Source: Mobula hypostoma (taxonomy: Eukaryota). Taken from it: a DNA stretch of 64,000 bases. Under the pieces are notes generated by a model. It was not told the origin of the DNA, searched no databases, and saw only the letters and a program-made list of their open reading frames with translations. Positions within the stretch are counted from its first letter, which is position 1. Every line of letters starts with the position of its first letter. Made by a program: the position numbers and the translations under genes. Shown here piece after piece: positions 1 to 13,800 of the stretch. The stretch lies in assembly GCF_963921235.1 (NCBI RefSeq), contig NC_086097.1, positions 54,748,001-54,812,000 on the forward strand. The letters are read 5' to 3'.

Positions 1-2849
1 AATCTCTCTATAGTGAAAATGAAATGCCACATGGCAGTACCCTGAGATATGACCATAGAGATTCTCAAGGCAGCTACTTCCTGAAAAAATCATCTGCATC
101 AAAGTGATGTTCTGTTCCATTTCAACACCAAGTTCATATTTGCCATACGGTATTTTAAAACAGTGGTCACAGAATCCATTGCATCAGAGGTGGAAACCAA
201 ACAATGTACAAATGCTGCAGTTGCAACTGATTTCTGCCATCTGGGCTAACTGCTGCCAATACGGCTTTACTGTTAAATGCATCAAGGATGCCACAGCTCG
301 TCAACAATCTGTTCTCTAGCTGGTCAACGGCTCACCCAAAAAATACTGTTGGGTGGTGTAAAAAATTATAGGACAACCCTAGAGGAGAAGAAAAAACAAA
401 TAGAGGTCATGGTCACATTGACTTCAACAACTTGATTTAAAAAAGCAAAGAGGTCCAGCAATATAAATTGAGGAAACTACATAACATATTCAAGAGCAGA
501 ATCTCTAAGATTACATGCCATAAAAGACATGCTAACAGCTATTAAGAGTTTGAGGAGATTTGGCAAGACTAGGCACAGAACAGGCAACTGCTTTGCTATT
601 TCAAGCTTCTGATTAAGTGTTATTTCAACTCCACTTCCTATTCCCACACTTACTTGTCTGTCTTCAGCCTTTTTGTTACAGCCATGGTGAAGCCAAATGC
701 AAACTAAAAGAACAGCACTTAACTTCCACTTTGATAGCCCATAGCCCAAAAGTATGAACATTGAATTTTCTGGCCGCCCTGAGTTACTCTCCCTTTACTT
801 ATCTTTTCCATTCCTCCTCCCACCTGCCTCCCCTTATTACCATAACTTCACCCTCCTCCACCTGGTTCCATCTCCCTGTTACCCCCTCCCTTATGTAGCT
901 CCACATATCAACCATCAACTCCCAGCTCCACTCGGATTTATCTGCCAAATATTTATTTTTTTACCTATTTCCATACATCATTTATCAGCCTCCATCTCCA
1001 CTCATTCCGCCCCTTCCCTATCTACCTATGAATCCCCCACTATATTTTTGTGGGGTACAGAGGAATTTTGACAGGGGTACTGTATATGTCTAGAACTAAT
1101 TATCATTAGAAAGGAATAAGTATTAGATGTCTGAACAGGCCCAGAGGAGGATAAATCAAGAGGGTCGGATGAAATATATCCCAGGGTGCTCTGGAAGGCA
1201 AAGAAAGAGACTGTTGGGGCTCTAACAGAGATTTTTAGATCTTCACAGCTCACAGGCAAGGTGCTAGGTGATTCCAGGTCAGCAAATATGGTACCTTTAT
1301 TCAAGAAGGACAGCAGGGATAAACCAGGTAATTAATGAAGCTGTGAGTCCATAGTCACTAATTGGAAAATATTCTGAACAGAATTATGTGCAATTAGAAA
1401 AGCAAGGATTAATCAAATTGAGACAGAACAGTTTTAATAAGCTAAATCTTGTTTCACCAATTTATTCCAAAGGAGTAACTAAGGACAGTGTGAGCGATGT
1501 AATCTACATGAATTTCAGTTAAGTCTTTAACAAGCTCCCATACGGAACTAATCCAAGGTTAAAGTCCATGGGGAAGGCTGGCAAAGTAAATATAAGAGTA
1601 AGATGATAGTAGATGATTGGATGGGCATACTGGAAGTATGAACAATCATATGCATTTATTTAAATTAATTTAGTAGATTGTGCTACTTTCTGGACATCCT
1701 AACTTCCAAATGTTCCTGATATTGGGAATGGACGACACTAATAGCACTAAAAAGGAGAAATTGAGACCACCACTTCATATAGACATCATCAGTTGCTAGT
1801 TGCCACATTATTCCCAATATGAAGCAGGTCAAGGTCCACTGCACCTTGGTCTTTCTATATTCTAAATTAGTAGAGTGAAGTCCTCAAGTGAATCAGGATT
1901 AGAAGCCAGATCTTGATTGCATACTAAAAGAAAAGTTCTTGTTAATATTTGCAGATTTTTTCCTTTTGCTTCCTGATCCAAAAAGGTGCTAGAAAAGGGC
2001 CAGTAATATCATGGAGGATGCCATCCACCCTGCTCATGGACGTTTTGTCCCACTCCTATTAGGGAGGCTACGTAGCATCCACACCAGGACTACCGGCTCA
2101 AAAACAGTTACTTTCCCCAAGCAGTCCCTCCACACTCCCCACTACCACTACTTTATCATTTCCCATCAGTCACCTTGCATACAGACACTCCTGTGCCTAG
2201 TGTCACTTTATGGACAGACAATCTATGTATATAAACTACCTTATATAATTAAATATTCATTGCTTTTTTATTATTGTGTTCTTTATCTTATTGTGTTTTT
2301 TTTGTGCTGTATCAGATCCAGGGTAGCAATTATTTTGTTCTCCTTTACACTTTGTACCGGAAATAACATTGAACTATTTTGAATTGAATTGGATTGCACA
2401 GGATGTAAACATGAGAAGTTTCAGAATAAAGGCATTAAATAAAAATTTCAGTACAATATATATTGAAAGTGAAGCACCTCCTTTTTAACTAATGTGGAAA
2501 AGAAAATAATTTTCATAGCCACTATGGATTGAATCTTACAACTTCCTCCTTCAATGTCTGCATTCATTTATAAATTAAGCTAAAGTTAGCAGCTGTCATT
2601 ATGAAAATACATTCAAAATTTTACATTTTCTCTGCATGTAAAATCTTTAAAGATTTTAAAATCTTGACATTCTCAGCATATTCTCTCCCTGTCAAACCCC
2701 ATATTCATGAATATATTATAAATTTAATTATCATTCCCTTAATATGTTTGAATTTATAATTAAGTCTTGCCATAAATTACACCATACACTTAATAAGACA
2801 TTTGCATTTCATAACAGCAGGAATTTTAGAAAGCAAAGGAATCACATAC

Positions 2850-2961
2850 CCGGAGAGCAAGTGAGTAAACTTTATCACCAACATTGATTGATTTGGGATC
2901 ATCGTCATCTAAACTTTCCCAGATTCTTACATCACCATCACTACCTCCAGTTACAATATAT
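2850..2961 (-). CDS. WDHD1: WDHD1 (AND-1/CTF4) coding exon, second coding exon, 112 bp
   Basis: ttccag|A TAT ATT...CTC CGG|gtatgt translates to (R)YIVTGGSDGDVRIWESLDDDDPKSINVGDKVYSLALR, matching the vertebrate WDHD1 N-terminal WD40 segment (FIVTCGSDGDVRIWEDLDDDDPK). Phase fits the exon at 9997-10073. Confidence 0.95.
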
Positions 2962-3110
2962 CTGGAAATTCAAAAAGATTTGTTTAATTCAGGACCTTCA
3001 AAAGATGATTAGTCTATTGACCATTTTGATCATTCCAAGCCATCTTTTTGATCAGAATGGCTTCAAGCTCCATTCCAGGATCAAGAACATTAAAAGTATA
3101 ACTGTAACTA

Positions 3111-3773
3111 CAGCCAGCCCTCCGTATCAGCAGGTTCCGCATCCACCGATTCAACCAACCGCGGATCGAAAATATTCAGAAAAAATTCCAGAAAGTTCCA
3201 AAAAGCAAAACTTGAATTTGCCACGCGCCAAGCACTACGCTGAATCCACATGAATGACGTGATGTGTAGGCATACCCTGCTGTAGCCTCCCACCATTTCA
3301 CAGATCCTCAGTCTCTCTCCAGCGCTCGTTGTTTGAGCATTGTTTGCCTCGCGTCTCGTTCATTCGCTACTTGTGTTGTGAGCAGGAGGAAGGAGTTTAT
3401 GGCTAGTAGGGGATGGCTGGCTAGCTATGTAAAGTGCGACAGCCTCAAGAACTTAAAGATCACGGGAGAATCAGTATCGGCTGATGCCGAGGCAGCATCA
3501 GTGTTCCCAGAAGAGCTACGATAGGTGCACCTGTACTGAACATGTAAAGACATTTTTTTCTTGTCATTATTCCCTAAACAATACAGTCTAACAACTATTT
3601 ACATAGTATTAGGTATTATAAGTAATCTAGAGATGATTTAAAGTATACGGGAGGATGTGTGTAGGTTATATGCAAATACTACACCATTTAAAATAAGAGA
3701 CTTGAGCATCTGCAGATCTTGATATCCACGGGGGTCCTGGAACCAATCCCCCGCAGATACTGAGGAACGACTG
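3111..3773 (+). mobile_element. Non-autonomous Tigger/pogo-like DNA transposon (internal deletion derivative)
   Basis: TA on both sides (3109-3110, 3774-3775); imperfect TIRs cagccagccctccgtatc / gatactgaggaacgactg; internal transposase remnant EFMASRGWLASYVKCDSLKNLKITGESVSADAEAA. Confidence 0.85.
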
Positions 3774-4000
3774 TACACTGTTCAGCCTCTCATGCTTTTT
3801 CTACAATTCAGCATGTCATAATTTAGATCTTACTTGATAACATTTTCCTGCACAAACCCAACATCTCTCAATTCCCTTGAAATCTAAAAGACTTGTACCT
3901 TTCATTTTGAAAATATTCAACAAATGCATCTCTACCTTCCAGATTCACTAACACTTGTGTGAAGAAATTGCTTCTCATTTCAGAACTTAATAGCTAACCC

Positions 4001-4287
4001 TGTAGCGGTGTGCTACACACAGCGCTAGAGTAACCACACGGAGTCGGTGAGTTGGAGTTGCGATAAAGAGATTTATTCAAACTTCGCGGCCTGCTTTAAA
4101 GCCTTCCTGTTCCCGCCCTCCCTGGGGCGGGACTATTGTGGGGAATGCATATTCCCAGACCCTTTCCGCGCGCGGGATTTTCTCCCTGCTGGTGAAGATG
4201 GCCTGGCGCCCTTTTTGGGGCCGGCCCTCTGCCTGCGCGCGCTGTTTCGTGAGCCGGCTCGTGGGTGCTAGAAAATGAGTCGCCACA
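4001..4287 (-). repeat. 3' LTR of the Gypsy element
   Basis: Direct repeat of 8065-8351 with 15 mismatches counted by eye over 287 bp; AATAAA on the minus strand at 4072-4077. Confidence 0.97.
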
Positions 4288-4289
4288 TA

Positions 4290-7200
4290 ACCCCCCACCT
4301 CCAGAACCGGCGATACCTCCCCCAATGTCCACAGTCTGGATCGGCCTCTGTTTGGGAGGTCTGCCCTGCGCCACGGTGCCTGAGCCTGGACCGGCTGCGC
4401 CAAGTTCACATGGGCCGGTTTGAGTCGGTCCACCGTGAAAACCTCCTCTCTCCCCCCAATGTCCAGCACAAATGTGGACCCATTGTTCCTGATCACCTTA
4501 AACAGCCCCTCGTAGGGCCGCTGTAGCGGTGCCCAGTGTTCGCCCCATCGTACAAAAAGAAACTTACAGTTCTGCAGGTCTTTGGGTACGCAGGTCAGGC
4601 TCTGTCCGTGCTGTGAAGTGGGTATGGAGGCCAGGTTACCGAGCCTCTCCTGTAGTCTGTCCAGGACTGCTGTGGGTTCTTCCTCTTGCCCCCTTGGGGC
4701 TGGTATGAACTCTCCTGGGACTACCAGGGGTGCGCCGTACACCAACTCAGCCGACGAGGTGCGCAGATCTCCTTGGGCGCCGTGCGGATTCCGAGCAGGA
4801 CCCAGGGAAGCTCGTCCACCCAGTTAGGCCCTTCCAGGCGGGCCATGAGAGCCGACTTCAGGCGACGGTGGAAATGCTCCACTAGTCCGTTTGACTGTGG
4901 GTGGTAGGCAGTTGTGTGGTGTAGCTGCGATCCTAAAAGGTTGGCCATAGCTGACCACAGGCTGGAGGTGAACTGGGCGCCCCTGTCGGAGGTAATGTGG
5001 GCCGGTACCCCAAAGCGGGCTACCCAGGTTGCGATCAGTGCTCGGGCGCAGGATTCAGAGGTGGTGTCGGTGAGCGGGACTGCCTCTGGCCATCTGGTGA
5101 ACCGGTCTATCACAGTTAGGAGGTACCGCGCTCCTCGTGACACTGGCAGGGGCCCCACGATATCCACATGGATGTGGTCGAACCTCCGGTGGGTGGGTTC
5201 GAACTGCTGCGGCGGAGCCTTGGTGTGCCGCTGCACCTTGGCCGTTTGGCACTGCATGCACGTTTTGGCCCATTCACTGATCCGTTTATGAAGCCCATGC
5301 CACACGAACCTGTTGGCGACCAGCCGGACGGTTGTCCTGATGGAGGGGTGCGCTAAGTTGTGAATGGATTTGAAAACCCGCCGGCGCCAGGCTGCTGGGA
5401 CGACGGGGCGGGGTTGGCCAGTAGCTACATCACATAGTAGGGGTCCTCTCACCTGGACCTACGGGGAGGTCTTGGAGCTGCAAACCGGAGACTGCAGTCC
5501 TGTAACTGGGGATCTCAGCGTCTGCCTGCTGTGCCTCTGCCAGCGCTGCATAGTCCACCCCCTGGGACAGGGCCTGTATGGTCGGTCTGGAAAGTGCGTC
5601 CGCCATGACGTTGTCCTTTCCCGAGATATGCCGGATGTCCGTCGTGTACTCGGAGATGTAGGACAGATGTCGCTGCTGGCAGGACGACCAGGGGTCGGAT
5701 ACCTTCATGAACGCAAAGATAAACGGTTTGAGGTCTGTGAACGCGGTGAAGGGCCTACCTTCTAAGAAGTACCTGAAATGCTGGATTGCCAGGTACAGTG
5801 CCAATAGCTCCCGGTCGAAAGCACTGTATTTGAGTTCAGGTGATCGTAGGTGTTTGCTGAAGAACGCCAGGGGTTGCCAGCGACCCTCGATGAGTTGTTC
5901 CAGCACTCCACCGACTGCTGTGTTGGATGCGTCCACCGTGAGGGCAGTAGGAACGTCCGTTATGGGATGCACTAGCATCGCGGCATTTGCCAAGGCTTCT
6001 TTGGTTTTAACAAAAGCGGCTGCGGCCTCTTCGTCCCAGGTAATGTCCTTGCCCTTACCCGACATCAGGGTGAACAGGGGGCGCATGGTTCGGGCTGCTG
6101 AGGGGAGGAAACGGTGGTAGAAATTCACCATACCCACGAATTCCTGCAGACCTTTGATTGTGTTGGGTCGGGGGAAGTGGCGGACCGCGTCTACCTTGGC
6201 GGGTAGAGGGGTTGCCCCGTCTTTGGTAATCCTGTGGCCCAGGAATTCGATGGTGTCGAGTCCGAACTGGCATTTGGCCGGGTTGATTGTAAGGCCGAAT
6301 TCACTCAGGCGGGAGTAGAGTTGGCGGAGGTGGGACGGATTCTCCTGACGACTACTGCTGGCTATGAAGATGTCGTCCAAATAGATGAATGCAAAGTCCA
6401 GGTCGCGTCCCACCGCGTCCAGTGGTTGCTGGAACATCTGTGCGGCATTCTTTAGACCAAACGGCATTTGGAGGAATTCGAAAAGTCCAAACGGGGTGAC
6501 GAGTGCTGTTTTGGGGATGTCGTCCGGATGTACTGGGATTTGATGGTATCCCCAGACGAGGTCTACCTTGGAAAAGATCCTTGCGCCGTGTAGGTTTGGT
6601 GCAAAGTCTTGAATGTGCGGCACAGGGTAGCGGTCTGGCGTTGTATCCTCGTTCAGTCTGCGGTAGTCACCGCATGGTCTCCAGCCCCCCGTTGCCTTGG
6701 GCACCATGTGCAGGGGGGAGGCCCATGGGCTGTCGGACCGTTGTATGATCCCCAATTCCTCCATCTTCTTGAACTCCTCCTTCGCCAGTCGGAGCTTGTC
6801 CGGGAGAAGCCTTCGAGCACGGGCGTGGAGGGGTGGTCCCTGGGTCGGGATGTGATGCTGTACTCCGTGTCTGGGCATGGCTGCCGTGAACTGCAGTGTC
6901 AGTACTGATGGAAAATCCGCCAGGACCCTGGTGAATTCATCTTTGGACAGCGTGATGGAGTCCAGGTGTGGGGCTGGCAACTTTGCTTCACCCAGGGAGA
7001 ACGTTTGAAAAGTCTTGGCGTGGACTAGTCGCTTCCCTTGCAGGTCGACCAGCAGGTTGTGGGCTCGCAGAAAATCCGCCCCCAGGAGTGGTTGGGCCAC
7101 GGCGGCCAGTGTGAAGTCCCACGTGAACCGGCTGGAGCTGAACTGTAGCCGCACCGTGCGGGTGCCGTAGGTTCATATTGTGCTGCCATTTGCAGCCCTC

Positions 7201-7300
7201 AGGGTGGGTCCAGGTTCTCTGTTGCGGGTGTCTTAATTCGTTGGAGGCAAAACGCTGATCTCCGCTCTGGTGTCGACCAAAAATCGGCGTCCCGACTGCT
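4290..7300 (-). pseudogene. Gypsy pol (protease, RT, RNase H, integrase) with frameshifts and stops
   Basis: Protease FLVDTRAEISVLPP (DTG mutated to DTR, followed by TAA); RT YLDD and RNase H LTVDAS in ORF 5430-7154; integrase HHCC and DDE core in ORF 4721-5452; GPY/F-like motif in ORF 4077-4745. The frames shift between these ORFs. Confidence 0.93.
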
Positions 7301-7369
7301 TGTCCCAGATGTACAGGAGGCTGTCCTGATGGCCAGCCACTGTAGCGATCTGCGGCGGCTGGGCCTTGG

Positions 7370-8024
7370 CGTTTCCCGGGAAATTGCAGGGTGGTCTACA
7401 GCGGCGGGCCTCTGTGCCCCACCGCTGGTGGTAGAAGCACCATTGTTCATTGGGCTCTGCTGCCGGGCCTGGTCTGGTCTGTCATTGGGCACGCAGCTTG
7501 GTGATCTGTGTGACGGATGCCCCTCTCTCCTTCTTGGCATTCCACAACACATCTGCTCAGGCCGCCACCTCCCGGGGGTCACTGAAATCTGTGTTGGACA
7601 GCAGCAGGCGTATGTCCTCGGGCAGTTGCTCTAGGAACGCCTGCTCAAACATGAGGCAGGGTTTGTGTCCTTCAGCCAGGGCCAGCATTTCGTTCATTAA
7701 TGCCGATGGCGGCCTGTCTCCCAAACCATCCAGGTGCAGTAATCGGGGTGCTCGTTCGCGCCGTGAGAGTCCAAAAGTCCTTATGAGCAGGGCTTTGAAT
7801 GCTGTGTGTTTGCCGTTCTCCGGGGGCGACTGTATAAACTCCTCAACTTGTGCAGCAGTCTCTTGGTCGAGAGAGCTCAGCACGTAGTAGTAGCGAGTGG
7901 ACTCCGAGGTTATCTGCCGAATGTGGAATTGTGCTTCTGCCTGTTCCAACCACAGACGGAGTCTCAGCAGCCAAAAGCTTGGCAGTTGTAACGAAACAGC
8001 GTGAACAGATGCGGCGTCGGTCAT
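7370..8024 (-). pseudogene. Gypsy gag
   Basis: MTDAASVHAVSLQLPSFW...AEAQFHIRQIT is a typical small Gypsy gag N-terminus; premature TGA at 7557-7559; Cys/His knuckle CFYHQRWGTEARRCRPPC downstream. Confidence 0.85.
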
Positions 8025-8064
8025 CTCTGGCCCAAATATCGTTTGGGCTGTCAGGGTCACCAAA

Positions 8065-8351
8065 TGTAGCGGTGTGCTACACACAGCGCTAGAATAACCA
8101 CACGGAGTCGGTGAGTTGGAGTTGCGATAAAGAGATTTATTCAAACTTCGCGGCCTGCTTTAAAGCCTTCCCGTTCCCACCCTCCCTGGGGCGGGACTGC
8201 TGTGGGGAATGCATATTCCGAGACCCTTTCCGCGCGCGGAATTTTCCCCCTGCTGGTGAAGATGGCCTGGTGCCCTTTTTGGGGCCGGCCCTCTGCCTGC
8301 GCGCACTGTTTCATGAGCCGGTTCACGGGTGCTAGAAAATGGGTCGCCACA
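8065..8351 (-). repeat. 5' LTR of the Gypsy element
   Basis: Matches 4001-4287; adjacent to the PBS at about 8050-8062. Confidence 0.97.
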
Positions 8352-9996
8352 ACCCCTTATCTTGAGATTGTAACCACACGTTCTAGAAACCCTATCGGGG
8401 AAACTAACATCTTGAGCTATAAAGAATTTTTGTGTGCTTTATTGAGATCATTTCTCACTCTTGTAAACAAGATAGGAAAGCTGAGTCTACGTAATGTCCC
8501 CTCATATAACAAACCTGCCATCCCAGAATCAAAAATGAAAATAGAAAATGCTGGAGATAGTCAGCAAGTCAAGCAGCATCTGCAGAGAAACATAACTAAC
8601 ACTTCTGACAACCCTTTATCAGAACTGGATGTGAGAAGACAAATACAACTGTAAGCGCAGAGAAGGCAGGTGGAGAACACCTGCTCTACAGTGGAGGCCA
8701 AGGTTGTACAGCTAACACACTTACTTTTGCTGTTGATCACAGTTGTTCTGGTTGGAAGAGTATAAATTCCGGAAGATGCATCAGGCACATGGAAAAAGCC
8801 AAAACAACAGGAGATGCTACAACTATGAGAGGCAAACCACAGCAGTTGCTCAAAACCAAAATGAAAGAAAATGCTGTAAATATTCAGCAGATCAGGCAGC
8901 ATCTGTTGCAAGAAATTAACTGAGTTAATATCACTGCTCTATGGTCACATACCAGAACAGGCAAGCTCTCAACATTCTGGGAAGGTTGATTACCTGAAAA
9001 TGTTGAGTTCAATTGAGTCCTGAGGCTCAATATGTCAAGATGGAAGATGAGAAAAATAAAATAAGAGGACTCTCAAAGCTCAGGGACTCTTTTGTGGGCT
9101 GTATGGGGATGTCCGTAAAGCAGTTGCTCCATCTGCTTTGGGTTTTGCCTCTGTAGAGATCAACATATGGCAAATATTGCCCTTTCTGTTTTCATTTTAG
9201 ATTTCTAATGTCTGCAGATTTTGCTTTGCAATCCCTCAAATCAATGTGGTAAACCCACCCTGCAACTCATTGTAAAGGGCATATATCTTTTCCTTTGACA
9301 GGAAGTTTAGACATTTCGACAATACAGACTTTTTAAGTAGAAGCTGCAGCCTCAAATAAAAAACTCTGAATGACATAATGAGAGAAGGAAATATTGTCCA
9401 TAACGAACAGTTCAGGAACTGTTCTGTGCTCTATGGCAAGATACTCACCTATCTCACACCCTGTTCCTTTACATTAATCAAGAAATTCAAAACTAAGGAG
9501 GGTAATTATTAAGTTACTCTCTTAACTAGAAAATGAATTGGATCATCTGCTCTTATCATGTCACAGAGATTAAACTACCTATGAAAATCCATTAAATAGC
9601 GCTAGATGGGGAAGTGGACTAAATTGCCAATTTGATCTTGGCCTTGGCTCAATTTTCCATTTTCAGTTGCCCATAATCTTCAAGTCCCCCACAGACTAAA
9701 AATTTTAACTTTCAATTTATTTAAAGGGTTGGCATCTCTCTGGGATAGAAAATTCCAAAAGATTACAATTCTGTGAGGAGAGAAATAATTTCTTATCTTG
9801 GTCTTAAATAGGTGACCCTTTATTCTGAAACTAGTTCTGGATTCCACTCTCCCATCAAACTTAAGTGGAAACATTGTCTCAGGACCTAACTTGTCACTCC
9901 CCAAGGTAAAAATGTATTTTGACAGAGTGTTAAACTTTAATATAGAGTTTAATTATGGTGTGCTCTATTAAATTTAGATACATCAAGGGACCTTAC

Positions 9997-10073
9997 CTTC
10001 CTGTTTCATCAAAACAAACACCAGTGTATCCCTCGGGGTGTGCATATCGCATTGGCTTTCTCTCAGCTGGCAT
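9997..10073 (-). CDS. WDHD1: WDHD1 first coding exon (ATG at 10073; acceptor after 10082)
   Basis: MPAERKPMRYAHPEGYTGVCFDETG(R) followed by |gtaagg; matches WDHD1 MPATRKPMRYGHTEGHTEVCFDDSG; 77 coding nt. Confidence 0.95.
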
Positions 10074-10869
10074 CCTCAATTGCTGTTTTAACCAAGGAAA
10101 AATAACATTCAAAGTGAAGGCACAGATTTTGTAGGTACAATAGAAAAAAAATAGAAACTAACCAGTCTCAATTCTTGTTACATACAATGAGAAATCAACA
10201 TTTTCAGAGTGGTCTGGTGGATTGTTGTGGAGGATGCAGGTATAATACACTTAATCCAAAAGACACTTGACCATTTCATTTTGGAAAATGAAACAAATTC
10301 AAATATATTAATCTGCATGCAATTTCCTCAAAACACACTAGGTTATTCCTAGGATCACAGATATCATCCCAGAGTGACTAATTCCATTGCAAACAATGCA
10401 GGACACAAGCTTGATCTAGTCTGAAGGAAGCCATCCACCAACAATTCATACAATAACTGGAAGGAAGTAGAATTTAGAGTATGGAGCAGTAACTAATTAT
10501 ATTCTCTATTTATGTTCCAATTGTACTGATATATAGGGGTATTAGAAAAAAGTGCACACAGTGAAAGCTTAATTGTCTAGCTCAAGCAGGAGACAGATGC
10601 TAAATAAATAAGTACGCCTATTAACCTTTATGCTACCCTCAATGTTGATCTGGTGCTGCCCTAATAACCTCCTCTGAAGTGCCCACCTCTAGAAATTGAT
10701 GAAGTGCCAACTAACTGACCTTCCCAGCGCTAAACTGGGCTGAGGATGTGGTCCTAATGCAGGCAATGGGATTACTGTGCATGGGCAAGAGGATCAACAT
10801 GGAAGCAATGAACTAAAGAACCCGCTTCTGAGCCGTAAAACTCATGACTCTTGCTATCACTGTATTGAC

Positions 10870-13800
10870 AGAGTGGAGATGATTGGAAGGGAGGGAACTA
10901 CATCTACGTGAGATGCATCCAGCTGCAGCTCCTTGAAGACTGTGTCGGGGATCTGGACCAGCAACTAGATGACCAAGAGACCAGCTTGTACAGGATAGTG
11001 AGGAGATCATCAGAGTTACAGGGAAGTAGTCACCCTTTACGTTGCAAGAGGTGACTGTCAGTAAAAGAAATAGGAAGGCAAATAGGCAGTTAGCACAGAG
11101 TACCCCTGTGGTCATTCCCCTCAATAATGAGTGAACTGTTTTGGATACTGTTGTGGGGGATGATTTCCCAGGGGAATGCCACAGAGACCAGGTTGCTGGC
11201 ACTGAGCGTTAGTCCGTGGTGCAGAAAGGAAAGAGGAAGGAGGAGGAAGCAGTAGTGATAGGGAACACAACAGTCAGAAGAACAGACAGGAGATTCTGCG
11301 GACATGAACGGGACACCTGGATGATATAATGCCTCCCAGTTGCCAGGGTTGAGGATGTCTTGGATTGCATTTTGGAGCGCAAGGGAGAGCAGCCAGATGT
11401 CTTGGTACATGTTGGTACCAATGACAGAGGAAGGAAAATCAATGAGGTCCTGAAGAGAGAATTTAGAGAGCCAGGTAGAAAGCTGTGAAGCAGGACCGCT
11501 AGGCTTGGAATTTCTGGATTGCTACCTGTGAAATGCACCATTGAGGGTAGAAACAGGATGATCTGGCAGATAAATGCACGGCTGAGAAGCTGGTGCAGGG
11601 GGCAGAGCTTCAGGTTCTTGGATCACTGGGACCTGTCCGGGGGCAGGTATAACCTGGACAAAAGGAACAGGTTGCATCTGAACCAGAGGGGGACGAATAT
11701 TCTCATGGGCAGGCTTGTTTGAGCTGTTGGGGAGAGTTTAAATTAATTTGGCAGGGGGATAGGAGCCGGAGTGAAGGGATTCAGGATAGGATGGATGGTA
11801 AAAAAAGCAAAGCGAGCATACAATCAGACTCTCAGGAAGGGCAGGCAGATGATAGGGCAACATTGCAGTCAGCAGGGAGAGTATCAGTGCATGAGAGAGG
11901 CAGAATCAAAAAGGGTAGCAAACACAGTACTCAAAATGTTATATTTCAATGCACTGAGTATAGGAAATAAGGTGGACGATCTTGTTGCACTTGTACAGAT
12001 TGTCGGTATGATGTTGTGGCCATCATTGAATCGTGGCTGAAGGATGGTTGTAGTTGAGAGCTGAATGTCCAAGGTTATACATTGTATCAGGGATAGGAAG
12101 GTAGGCAGAGGGGGTGGAGTGGCGCTGCTTGTAAAAAATGGCCTCAAATCTTTGGAAAGATGTGACATAGGTTCAGAAGATGTTGAATCCTTGTGGGTTG
12201 AGTTAAGAAACTTTAAAGGTAAAAGGACCCTGATGGCAGTTATATACAGGCTTCCAAACAGGAGCTGGGATGTAGACTACAGATTACAACAGGAACTAGA
12301 AAAGGTGTGCCAAAAGGGCAACGTTATGATAGTTATGGGAGATTTTAACATGCAGGTAGACTGGAAAGATCAGGTTGGTAATGGATCTCTGGAGAGCACA
12401 TTTGTCGCATGCCTGCAAGATGGTTTTCAGAGCAGTTTGTTGTTGAGCCTACTAGGGGATCAGCTATACTGGTTTGGGTGTTATGTTATGAACTGGAGGT
12501 GATTAGGAAGCTTAAAGTAAATCAACCCCTAGGAGACAGTGATCACAATATGACTGAGTTCAACTTGAAATTTGATAGGGAGAAAGTAAAGTCTGATGTA
12601 GCAGTATTTCAGTGGAGTAAAGGAAATTACAGAGGTGCGAGAGAGGAGTTGGCCAAAGTAAATTGGAAGGAGATACTGGCAGGGGTGGCAGCAGAGCAGC
12701 AATGGCATGAGTTTCTGAGAAAAATGAAGAAGGTGCAAGATAGATGTATTCCAAAACCAAAAAATACTCAAATGGCAAAATAGTACAACTGTGGCTGACA
12801 AGGAAAGTCAAAGCTAATGTAAAAGCAAAAGAGAGAGCATACAACAAGCAAAAATTAGAAGGAAGATAGAGGATTGGGAAGATTTTAAAAACCTACAGAA
12901 AACAACTAAAATAATCATTAGGAGGGAAAAGATGAACTATGAATGCAAGCTAGCAAACAATATCATGGTAGATAGAAAACGTTTTTTCAAATTTCAAAAT
13001 AAAAGAGAGATAAGAGTAGATATAGGACCTCTAGTAAATGAGGCCAGAGAAATAATAACAGGGGACAAGGAGATGGCAGATGAACGAAATGAGTATTTGC
13101 ATCAGTCCTGACTGTGGAAGACACCAGCAGTGTACCATGTGTTGAAGCGTGTGAAGGAAGAGAAGTGAGTGCAGTTACTATTACAAGGGAGAAGGTGCTC
13201 AAAAAGCTGAAAGAAGTAAAGATACATAAGTCACCCAGACCAGATGAACTGCACTCTAGGGTTCTGAAAGAGGTAGCAGTAGAGATTGTGGAGGTGTTAG
13301 TCATGGTCTTTCAAGAAACATTGGACTCTGGTTCCGGAGGACTGGAAAACTGAAAATGTCATTCCACTCTCTAAGAAAGGAGGGAGGCAGCAGAATGGAA
13401 ATCATAATCCAGTTAGCCTGACCTCAGAGGCTGTGAAGATGTTGGAGTCAATTGTTAAGGATGAGGTTATGGAGTACTTAGTGGCACGGGATAAGATAGG
13501 ACAAAGTCAGCATAGTTTCCATAAGGGAAAATCTTACCTGATGAACCTGTTGGAATTCTTTGAGGAGATTACAAGGAGAAAGGAGATGCAGTGGATGTTG
13601 TATATTTGGATTTTCAAAAGGCCTTTGACAAGGTGCCATGCATGAGGCTGCCTATCAAGAGCCCATGGTATTACAGGAAAATTACTAGCATGGTTAGAGC
13701 ATTGGCTGATTGGTAGGAGACAGCGAGTATGGATGAAAGTATTCTTTTATGGTTGTCTACCAGTGACCAGTGGTGTTCCACAGTGGTCAGTGATGGAACC

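Larger units (their letters stand above)
4001..8351 (-). mobile_element. Full-length Ty3/Gypsy LTR retrotransposon, decayed
   Basis: Two 287-bp TG...CA LTRs; 4-bp TSD ACCC (3997-4000, 8352-8355); PBS TGGTGACCCTGAC (tRNA-Trp-like) next to the 5' LTR; polypurine tract next to the 3' LTR; gag-PR-RT-RH-IN order; inserted in a CR1 3' fragment. Confidence 0.97.

Noticed and set aside
477..761. 94-aa minus ORF with ITLNQKLEIAK, faintly like a pogo HTH start
   Set aside because: No TIRs or further transposase motifs, and it does not match the next WDHD1 exon.
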